Assembly: GCA_903848795.1 (NCBI GenBank)
Contig: CAINHC010000001.1
Location: 14,915-78,914 of the forward strand
Direction of reading: 5' to 3'
DNA length: 64,000 nucleotides
Origin: an uncultured bacterium
GTDB taxonomy: Bacteria > Patescibacteriota > Minisyncoccia > Phycocordibacterales > CAIZLB01
This document shows, in pieces, positions 56,495 to 64,000 of the stretch (position 1 is the first letter of the stretch; every line of letters starts with the position of its first letter). The position numbers and the translations under genes are program-made. Under the pieces are notes generated by a model. It did not search any database, had not been told where the DNA came from, and saw only the letters and a program-made list of their open reading frames with translations.

Positions 56495-56567
56495 CCGCTC
56501 GTAGCTCAGTCGGTAGAGCACCTGCCTTTTAAGCAGAGGGTCGTAGGTTCGATTCCTACCGAGCGGA
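56495..56567 (+). tRNA. tRNA-Lys (TTT), unusual C1-G72 first pair
   Basis: Acceptor CCGCTCG/CGAGCGG + A, D-arm GCTC-AGTCGGTA-GAGC, anticodon loop CTTTTAA, T-arm GTAGG-TTCGATT-CCTAC. Confidence 0.75.
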
Positions 56568-56600
56568 CAAATTTTCCCCTAAAACCACACCGCTACTTTT

Positions 56601-57548
56601 TTACCACTCTCCATCTTCCCTCTCGAGAATTGTAAATCCCGTCATAATTGCATCACACAAATAATCCTCGAATTGGCTATATTCTTCCTTAACTTGAGAT
56701 TTATATAAATAAGTATAATACAGTTGTTTCTTTTCTTGTCGAATAACGGCGGGCGCCATATTTACACTTAACAAAAAGGCATTCAAAAGTAAACGTCCAA
56801 TACGTCCATTTCCATCAGAAAATGGATGAATTTGTTCAAATTTACTATGAAATATTGCTGAGAAGGAAATAATATTTGATTCCTTTTTACTTAAAAATTT
56901 GTCTTTAAATTGCATTAATTCGTGAATATTCTTTTTAACACTCAAATAATTTGAGGTTGGCAAATTTACACCTACAATCCTAACAGCATGATTACGATAT
57001 AAACCAGCATTTGGTATTATGCCGTTCATTAAAATACTGTGTAGTTTAAGTATTAATTCTTCATCTATCTTTTGTTTATTTGCTATATGCTCAAATAAAT
57101 ACAGCAGAGCTGTTTGGTGATTTTTCGCCTCTAGGTGTTCAATTAAAGTCTTTTCGGACATGGCAATATTGTTGAATAGTATGTTGGCAGTGTCCGGTTC
57201 GGTAAGTGTACTACCTTCGATGCTGTTACTGTGATACGTCAATTTTAAAACAAACTGATCTCTAATATCTGGATTATCCAAAATCTCACGCAAAACACTC
57301 TTATAACCCAATGTTTTATATTGTAGAATTTTTCTTTTCTTCTTTAATTCCTCTTCTGAAATTTGCTTCTGGCCAGTAACCTCCAAAAACAAATTATTAA
57401 TTATTTTGTCTTTTTTTGCCCTGGGAGTACTTTTACCAACCAACCAACTATTTAAGGTAGGAAAAGAAACACCAAGCTGTAGTGCAAGCTTAGTTTGGGT
57501 TAGACCTAGTGTCTTTTGTATTGTTTCTAGCTTTTTAGGTATATTCAT
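56601..57548 (-). CDS. Fic/Doc family protein with N-terminal XRE-type HTH
   Basis: N-terminal HTH (LGLTQTKLALQLGVSFPTLNSW). Fic motif HPFSDGNGRIGRLL (HxFx[DE]GNGRxxR). Confidence 0.8.
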   Translation of the reverse strand: MNIPKKLETIQKTLGLTQTKLALQLGVSFPTLNSWLVGKSTPRAKKDKIINNLFLEVTGQKQISEEELKKKRKILQYKTLGYKSVLREILDNPDIRDQFVLKLTYHSNSIEGSTLTEPDTANILFNNIAMSEKTLIEHLEAKNHQTALLYLFEHIANKQKIDEELILKLHSILMNGIIPNAGLYRNHAVRIVGVNLPTSNYLSVKKNIHELMQFKDKFLSKKESNIISFSAIFHSKFEQIHPFSDGNGRIGRLLLNAFLLSVNMAPAVIRQEKKQLYYTYLYKSQVKEEYSQFEDYLCDAIMTGFTILEREDGEW

Positions 57549-57698
57549 AGTCTTTTAGAAGTAAAATAATCAAACCAAGGTTATCATACCAAACTTTATA
57601 AAGTTTTGCAAAAATATCGTAACTTTATAAAGTTACGATATTTTGATGATTTTTTATTAAGTTACAAAATGAGCCTCAAGGTATGAATAAGGCTAGTA

Positions 57699-58430
57699 TT
57701 AAAGCCCTAAAGACATTCCTTCCAACTCCACCATCAAATCTCCCCCACCACGGTGAGCCTCGTGATATATTTCAACCAGTTTATCCAGTAACATGTTTAG
57801 CTCCCTAAGCTCCCAACCCTTAGATAATCTCAAGGCTTTCTGGAAAGAATATGGGGTTAGCCCAGACTCATCAGCGGTCTTTGAAAACTTAGCTAAATAT
57901 ACAGATTTCATTTGCCACCACAACACCCCATGTATTTCCTCCCCCGCAAGCTCCGCTTCTTTTAGTTTAATAAATTCACTCCACGCCCCTACTTTATTTT
58001 TACCCGCAAACTGTTCTGCAAAATCAAAAGCAAGTGGTCGCTTTTTTTCAGCACCCTGCACACCGGCACCCGCAGGCTCATTAAAATCAAAAACTTTATA
58101 CGCAAACTTTTCTATTTTTTTAAGATTAGGAGCAGAAACCTTATCTTCTAGAATTATCCAAGCATGCTCACTCTCCTTCATTTCTTCTAGCAACCCAATA
58201 ACATCCGCGCCAATCTCCTTATCTTCCAACACTTTATCCAAGGTCACAATGTATTTTGCTAAAAATAAACCTTGGCTTCCCAATAATTCTTCCAATGAAA
58301 AATCTTTCCAGTTTTCAGTAGTTACTCGATAAACAGAAACATTGGGTTGTTTACTCTGCATAATACCAACAAGTTCTTTTTGTTTGGCCCTTATTTTATT
58401 TGTATTTGTTCCGTAGATTAAATAAAGCAT
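57699..58430 (-). CDS. holA: probable DNA polymerase III delta subunit (HolA), short form
   Basis: LYLIYGTN… N-terminus and C-terminal helical region resemble delta subunit. Located immediately downstream of polA. Assignment tentative. Confidence 0.45.
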   Translation of the reverse strand: MLYLIYGTNTNKIRAKQKELVGIMQSKQPNVSVYRVTTENWKDFSLEELLGSQGLFLAKYIVTLDKVLEDKEIGADVIGLLEEMKESEHAWIILEDKVSAPNLKKIEKFAYKVFDFNEPAGAGVQGAEKKRPLAFDFAEQFAGKNKVGAWSEFIKLKEAELAGEEIHGVLWWQMKSVYLAKFSKTADESGLTPYSFQKALRLSKGWELRELNMLLDKLVEIYHEAHRGGGDLMVELEGMSLGL

Positions 58431-58452
58431 TTTGGTTTGTGTTTTTTGTATT

Positions 58453-61056
58453 TTATTGCTCAGCCATCTCTCCCCAATTCAATCCAATATTTGAAGATGT
58501 TACAACCGGCACCCCCTTTGATTGTTCATCAGTTAAAATGTTCTGCATAATATCTTGAATCTTTTTAGAGATTTTCTTTATAAATTCTTTATCATCCTCC
58601 ACCTCAAATACCAATTCGTCATGAACCTGTAAAAGCATCTTTACTCTTCCATAAACTTCCTTATTTTTTGAATCATTTATATAATCATAAATTTTTCTCA
58701 TGCTAATCTTTATAATGTCTGCTGAAGTTCCCTGTATTGGGGCGTTAATGGCCATACGCTCAGCGGCAGCTCTGATGAATGGTAGTTTAGACCTTATACC
58801 CTCAAAGTATCTCCTGCGGCCAAATAGCGTCTCTGTATAACCATTTTGTTCAGCAAATCTTTTGGTTTCCTCCAGAAACTCTGCGACCCTACTAAATGTT
58901 CTAAAATATTCATTATAAAAAGTTTGAGCTTCGTCTTTCGTGCTTCCAAGATTGGTCTTGAGTGCATTTACTCCCATTCCATAAAGAATTCCGAAGTTAA
59001 TCACCTTAGCTTGTCTTCTCATATCTTTTGTAACCTCATCTTCTTTTACACCAAACACTCTTGAAGCAACACCAGTGTGAACATCTTCGCCTTTCTTAAA
59101 TATGTCTATCAAATTTTTATCACCGGACATTATGGCCGCAATTCTAAGTTCAATTTGAGAATAATCAAATGATAACAGAACGCAACCCTTTTCTGTGATA
59201 AAACCACCCCTAACCTTTCTACCTAAATCTGTCTTTGTTGGAATATTTTGAATATTCGGATTTTGAGAAGACATTCTACCTGTCGTTGTACCAGCCTGCA
59301 AAAACTTTGCATGCAGTCTATCTTTTGAGTCTGTGAGAAGTGGCAATGGATCAATGTAAGTCGAAAGAAGCTTGGCTAGCTCTCTATATTCCAATATTTT
59401 ATCAATTATCGGATGCACTCCTTTAAGTTTTTCTAATTCCGATTCTTTTGTTGAACGTGCGCCTCCAGCTGTCTTTTTGAGACGCTTCGCACCCATTCCC
59501 TCTCCAAGATTCATTTCATCAAAAATAACTACACCTAGTTGTTTTGGAGAATCGACATTAAATTCACGTCCTGCCATTTTCCAGATCTCACCTTCAAGCC
59601 TACTTAATTCTTTGTGATAATCTTCAGATAATTTCTTTAAATACTTCCTATCGAGCAATATTCCATCTTCCTCCATTTTAGAAACAACTGGAATAAGTGG
59701 CCATTCAATTTCTTTTAAAACATATGTCAGACCCTGTTTTTCAATTTCTCCCAGGAGATATTTTTCAATTTGTTCGTATTTTTTAGATTTTGTATATTTT
59801 AAAACATCCTCATACGTTGGGGAGGTTAAGCTGGAATTCAGAACCCACAAAGCGATACACACCCTAGATTTTTGTTCTTCTGTTATATCCTCCGCCGGCT
59901 CAATTTGTGCTTTTGCCTGATTCACCCCAGATGTTCCACCACCACCCACAACACCAACGCCTCCAAACAAACCACCCGGTTCCGAATTTGCACCAGAAAC
60001 ATCAACACCGTTTCTACTCATAATATTCTTTAACCGCGTACCAAGGGTTCTAAATTCAAACTCATCAAATATTTGCTCCGCCTTATTTATATCAAAGGAA
60101 TCCTTCCATGTTTTTTCTGGAAGTTCAAATTTAATTGGGGCATCTCGCCTTATTGTTGCGAGCATCTTACTGAACACTGCTTCATCTTCGCCTTTTTCAA
60201 GTAAATCAATAATCCTGTCGGTGATTCCAAGTTTCTTAATTTCATTTGGCCCACCCTCCTTTTTTAAAGTCTCGTATAGTTTTTCAATCGTATGAAAATG
60301 AGAAATTAATGTCGTTGCTGTCTTTTCGCCAATTCCAACAATTCCAATAATGTTATCTGATGTGTCACCTCGCAATCCCTTATAGTCTGGTAGATATTCC
60401 GGATGAAAACCAAATCTTTCAACAACAGCATCTTCATCATATGTGACAGTATCCTTTATTCCTTTCTTTAAGGTAAAAACTTGCACTTCTTTGTCACGCA
60501 CAAGCTGTAATGTGTCCATGTCCCCTGACGCAATCACAACTTTCAAACCCTTAATATCTTTTGTTTGTTCAACAATGGTTCCAAGCATATCATCAGCTTC
60601 AAATCCAGGCTTATCAAACATTGGAATATTAAAGTTCTCAAATATCTTTCTAGATGATTTTAGTTGATCCACCAGCTCATCATCACTCTTTTTTCTTCCA
60701 GCTTTATAATCCTTATAAGCCTCATGCCTATATGTCGGCTGAGGAAGATCATAACAAGCAACAATATAATCTGGATTAAACTTCTCGATTATTCCAATAA
60801 GCATGGAGGAAAGACCGTAAAGTGCCCCCGTCGGTACACCATGGGATGTAGCAAAATCAGGAAGAGCGTGATATCCGCGATGAATGATTGCGTGGGAGTC
60901 TAATAAGACCAAGGTTTTATTTAAGGCCTCCTTTTGGACCAAGTTCTTTTTATCCAGCTTCTCCAAGCTCTCATTTTTGTCTGTTGTTGGTGTTTTTTTC
61001 ACTTCGGGTACATTATACCCCATTTGTCTTTTTGACTGAACCTTATAAAAAACCAA
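58453..61056 (-). CDS. polA: DNA polymerase I
   Basis: 5'-3' exonuclease domain (LVLLDSHAIIHRGYHAL…), polymerase motifs A (DYSQIELRI), B (RRQAKVINFGILYGMG) and C (QVHDELVFEV). Confidence 0.9.
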   Translation of the reverse strand: MVFYKVQSKRQMGYNVPEVKKTPTTDKNESLEKLDKKNLVQKEALNKTLVLLDSHAIIHRGYHALPDFATSHGVPTGALYGLSSMLIGIIEKFNPDYIVACYDLPQPTYRHEAYKDYKAGRKKSDDELVDQLKSSRKIFENFNIPMFDKPGFEADDMLGTIVEQTKDIKGLKVVIASGDMDTLQLVRDKEVQVFTLKKGIKDTVTYDEDAVVERFGFHPEYLPDYKGLRGDTSDNIIGIVGIGEKTATTLISHFHTIEKLYETLKKEGGPNEIKKLGITDRIIDLLEKGEDEAVFSKMLATIRRDAPIKFELPEKTWKDSFDINKAEQIFDEFEFRTLGTRLKNIMSRNGVDVSGANSEPGGLFGGVGVVGGGGTSGVNQAKAQIEPAEDITEEQKSRVCIALWVLNSSLTSPTYEDVLKYTKSKKYEQIEKYLLGEIEKQGLTYVLKEIEWPLIPVVSKMEEDGILLDRKYLKKLSEDYHKELSRLEGEIWKMAGREFNVDSPKQLGVVIFDEMNLGEGMGAKRLKKTAGGARSTKESELEKLKGVHPIIDKILEYRELAKLLSTYIDPLPLLTDSKDRLHAKFLQAGTTTGRMSSQNPNIQNIPTKTDLGRKVRGGFITEKGCVLLSFDYSQIELRIAAIMSGDKNLIDIFKKGEDVHTGVASRVFGVKEDEVTKDMRRQAKVINFGILYGMGVNALKTNLGSTKDEAQTFYNEYFRTFSRVAEFLEETKRFAEQNGYTETLFGRRRYFEGIRSKLPFIRAAAERMAINAPIQGTSADIIKISMRKIYDYINDSKNKEVYGRVKMLLQVHDELVFEVEDDKEFIKKISKKIQDIMQNILTDEQSKGVPVVTSSNIGLNWGEMAEQ

Positions 61057-61064
61057 TTTAAGTG

Positions 61065-61622
61065 TTAGTTTGTTTCTGTATTGTCTTCGCCCAGCAATTC
61101 CATAGTATTTTGAGACGGACTAAAGTACATCTTCCTGGTATTTTCATCAACAAATTCAAATTCAACAATCGGAGCGTCTTGTGGAAGAATATTCATATCA
61201 GAAACCATTTCTGGCCACTCAAAGCAGATTAGGTTTTTGGGGTCTTTTAGAGTTTCTTCAAAATTAATAGCTAATATTTCATTTCCGGATTCTAGCCTGA
61301 AAGCATCGATGTGAATTAAGGTCTCCAACCCACAAATTTCGAGTGTTTCTTTATATTCAAACGAACTGTGCTCGGGGTGTATTTTATACCTCTTTTCTAT
61401 TGAAAAAGTTGGACTAGTTATTTCTTCACTAACACCCAATATCTCGCCGATACATTTTGTAAACGCGGTTTTTCCAGAACCGAGGTCTCCTTTCAATACC
61501 AAAACAGTGGCTTTATTTTCACCACCATTAGTTATTTTTACCCTGTTGTTTAAAACCTCCCCCAACACAAGCCTTGCAAACTTTTTGGTATCTTCGAGTG
61601 AATATGATGTGATTTTGTACAT
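61065..61622 (-). CDS. tsaE: tRNA t6A37 biosynthesis protein TsaE (YjeE ATPase)
   Basis: P-loop LKGDLGSGKTAFTK. ~185 aa. Confidence 0.75.
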   Translation of the reverse strand: MYKITSYSLEDTKKFARLVLGEVLNNRVKITNGGENKATVLVLKGDLGSGKTAFTKCIGEILGVSEEITSPTFSIEKRYKIHPEHSSFEYKETLEICGLETLIHIDAFRLESGNEILAINFEETLKDPKNLICFEWPEMVSDMNILPQDAPIVEFEFVDENTRKMYFSPSQNTMELLGEDNTETN

Positions 61623-61743
61623 TACTGATTTTTATCTGAATTTTATATAATATTCATATTATATACCGTATTTAATTAAAAAACACCAAAAACAAAACAA
61701 GGTTTTTAGGCCTTGTTTAGTGTTTTCTTGCTGTGTAGGTGAA

Positions 61744-62061
61744 TTATTCTTCTGCTGGAATATCATTTAATATTTTATCTTCTGTGGCCATTTCAAGCGC
61801 TGCGTTGTTTAGATCCATGTCTAATTGTTTCTCTATCGTATCAATTACCTCATTATCCTCCCCTATTATATTAGCTCCATCAATTTTCGGCATGGCTACT
61901 ACCTCATCACAAATTGGCTTAAGTACTGCATCCACTTCTGCAATTCTGTCTTTATATCCCTGCAGTCTTTGACTTAATGCCTGCTTAAGTTCATCTCCAT
62001 GAAGTTTGCTTATTTCATCAGCGGTTAACGGGTTTGAATTGTTGTTTGGTATTGGATTCAT
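61744..62061 (-). CDS. small acidic hypothetical protein
   Basis: 105 aa, pI very acidic. Immediately downstream of the large coiled-coil protein (4-nt gap). Confidence 0.35.
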   Translation of the reverse strand: MNPIPNNNSNPLTADEISKLHGDELKQALSQRLQGYKDRIAEVDAVLKPICDEVVAMPKIDGANIIGEDNEVIDTIEKQLDMDLNNAALEMATEDKILNDIPAEE

Positions 62062-62065
62062 GTTT

Positions 62066-63934
62066 TTATTTTAGTTTACTTATTTGTTCAAAGACACCCG
62101 ATCCTTTTTTTATAAATTCTTTATTATTGTCTGTAATAACACCACCATCTTCTTTTGCCTTTGTTAAAAATTGAACAATTATTGCTCCGGCATCTTTAAA
62201 CAACCTTGTTTCTTTTCCATCAAAATCAGCATCTTCTTTTACAACAAGAAAACTACGGGCTAATTTTTCAGCGACACTTTGAATGGTTGGGCTAGGGGTA
62301 GATGCTGACTGCTTTTCACCCTTAAACACCTGACGGAACTTCTCAATTTCATCTTTTAATTTTGTCAGTTTTTCTCCACGTCTTTTTTCAACCTCTGGAT
62401 TTATCACGTCCTCTGACTCTGGTTCTCGTGATGGCTCAAATGTTGGTGCCGAAGCTGGGGTTGTCTCTGACACCGCGGGTGTTGTTACAGATTTTGGTTG
62501 TTTTTGTTTTAGAGTGGATGATGGTAAAGGTGGTGGTGTTGAAGACGGTGTAGAATTTGATTTTGAGGCTGAAATTATTTGTTTAACAACTCCACCATTA
62601 TCAATTTTTTCTTTCGACCTGTCTCGCTCCCCTACATATTTATCTTTTAAACCATCAAATCTTTTTGTCCTATTGTCTGTAAGTTCTATAAAACTACCGA
62701 GATTATGCCCCGCCTCTTCATAAAGGCTGAGTTTTGATTTACTTTCATTTACTGCAAATTCATATTCATTGATTGCACTCTTAATCTCAGCGCGATCCAC
62801 CCTGTTTTTTGTGGATGCCAACGCCTTTTTTAGACTTATAATTTGACTATCTGTTTCTGCAATAACACCCTGCATCCTGTTTGTCTCTGTATTTATTATT
62901 TTAAGCTTTGAAATGTTCTCGTAATAATTTGTTTTTTGTCTAATCTTTTCTGTCTCTATCTCAATACTGGCAATAAAATTATCCATTATCGAAATCTTTC
63001 TCTCGTTATACCATCTGAGCTGTTCATTTAAGGCGTTCTTTTCTGTCTGAAGCTGATCTCTTTTGTTTACCACATTTTCCACAATAGTATTTCTTGCTTC
63101 CGTCAAAGTTCGTACCATATTTAGGTCTCCTCGAGCTTTCGCCTCCTCAATAGACTTATCTATTCTATCAACATTTTCTCTACCCAATCTTTCATTTGCT
63201 GGATTGTTTATTTCTTGTCGTATTTTTCTATCAATACGAGTAATTTCATCCTTTTTCCTTATAATCAGGTTGTCATTTGAAAAGGTATCATACATCATAT
63301 CCACCTTAACTTCCGTGTTTAAATCAGAAAAATTACTAACGTCCTCAAACCATCCCATTTTTATTTTAAATTTATTAAAATTAGATTTAAACCAGCCGAC
63401 CTCAGAATCAATCTTTATATCATTGACAACCTCTGTGGTAAGTCTATTTTCTCTGTGAATCCTACCTAATAAAGAGTTATTTTCTTCTGGGATATTGGAA
63501 TTAACACCCAAATCCTCTTTTGAGACTTCTTGTGTTGACGGAACAGCATCTCTAGAATTAGGAGGCGATGGAGGAATCATTGGAATTTTTTCTGGAATAA
63601 TCACCTCTGGTGTAGTTGGTGTGGGTGCAGGTGTAGGTGTTGGTTCACTGTCACTCTCTGGATGCTCCGATAATAATCCCTCCCCCTCACTTTCGTTATC
63701 AAGGGGGTGTGTATCAAAATTTCTATTTATTTTATTAACACCCAAAGTATAAACATCTGGAGTTAAATCTATTTCATCCTCCAAAACCCCCTGATCATTT
63801 GAGAAACTTTTTCCACCATCTTCTGTTGAGACAACCTGTTTCTCATTGGGAACAACAGTTGGATTGGAAGCTATTTTAATCGCTTCTGGTCCAACCGCCA
63901 TACGCTCATCTCTATTAGAATACTTATCAACCAA
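62066..63934 (-). CDS. large coiled-coil / Pro-Thr-rich hypothetical protein (N-terminus may extend beyond the window)
   Basis: 622+ aa. TPTPAPTPTTPEV linker, long heptad-like segments (…NALNEQLRWYNERKISIMDNFIASIEIETEKIRQK…). No catalytic motifs. Confidence 0.4.
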   Translation of the reverse strand: MVDKYSNRDERMAVGPEAIKIASNPTVVPNEKQVVSTEDGGKSFSNDQGVLEDEIDLTPDVYTLGVNKINRNFDTHPLDNESEGEGLLSEHPESDSEPTPTPAPTPTTPEVIIPEKIPMIPPSPPNSRDAVPSTQEVSKEDLGVNSNIPEENNSLLGRIHRENRLTTEVVNDIKIDSEVGWFKSNFNKFKIKMGWFEDVSNFSDLNTEVKVDMMYDTFSNDNLIIRKKDEITRIDRKIRQEINNPANERLGRENVDRIDKSIEEAKARGDLNMVRTLTEARNTIVENVVNKRDQLQTEKNALNEQLRWYNERKISIMDNFIASIEIETEKIRQKTNYYENISKLKIINTETNRMQGVIAETDSQIISLKKALASTKNRVDRAEIKSAINEYEFAVNESKSKLSLYEEAGHNLGSFIELTDNRTKRFDGLKDKYVGERDRSKEKIDNGGVVKQIISASKSNSTPSSTPPPLPSSTLKQKQPKSVTTPAVSETTPASAPTFEPSREPESEDVINPEVEKRRGEKLTKLKDEIEKFRQVFKGEKQSASTPSPTIQSVAEKLARSFLVVKEDADFDGKETRLFKDAGAIIVQFLTKAKEDGGVITDNNKEFIKKGSGVFEQISKLK

Positions 63935-64000
63935 TTCATTCTGTGAATATTCTGGATGTTCTTTGATGTAGTTTTCTAACCATTCTGATTTTGGAGAATA

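Overview
This 64-kb window looks like a low-GC (~35%), gene-dense, reduced bacterial genome, and the gene content suggests a CPR/Patescibacteria-type lineage, though that attribution is inference. Most genes are on the minus strand and are core information-processing genes. These include ftsK, recA with an N-terminal extension, efp, the rpsF-ssb-rpsR and secE-nusG-rplK operons, metG, glyQS, ileS, argS, recO, folD, alr, rplS, rpsT, ruvA, mutM, polA-holA and tsaE. Envelope genes include a dgkA-PAP2-uppP undecaprenyl-phosphate cluster, a VanY-like carboxypeptidase, a GT2 glycosyltransferase, DedA, a prepilin and a pilM-pilN-pilO type IV pilus assembly cluster. I identified seven tRNAs by eye: His-GTG with encoded G-1 and CCA, Leu-GAG, Val-TAC, Arg-TCT, Ser-TGA, Arg-GCG and Lys-TTT. 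I saw no rRNA and no CRISPR array. Accessory content includes several toxin-antitoxin modules (HepT/MntA, DinJ/YafQ, an XRE-Panacea antitoxin with a RelE-like toxin, two orphan MazF/EndoA-like toxins of which one is frameshifted), an HTH-Fic protein, a GIY-YIG nuclease and two AAA+/DUF4143 ATPase paralogs. The observations most worth follow-up are listed below.
- IleRS (1277 aa) carries a ~200-aa insertion with an RHGE motif typical of PGM-like histidine phosphatases.
- RuvX/YqgF is fused to a Trbp111/CsaA-like tRNA-binding domain, and MetRS lacks that domain.
- Three tRNA genes (Val, Arg-TCT, Arg-GCG) are each followed by a terminator, a ~100-190 bp structured insert, and a 19-22 bp direct repeat of the tRNA 3' end. 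The two tRNA-Arg inserts are ~90% identical to each other.
- Two large hairpins have perfect 23-bp stems of unrelated sequence but homologous loops. The loops carry a recurring TTC-TGCT-GAA mini-hairpin that also occurs at other intergenic sites alongside related GATTC-N4-6-GAATC palindromes.
- A ~400-bp GC-rich island encodes a small membrane protein with GC-rich codon usage.
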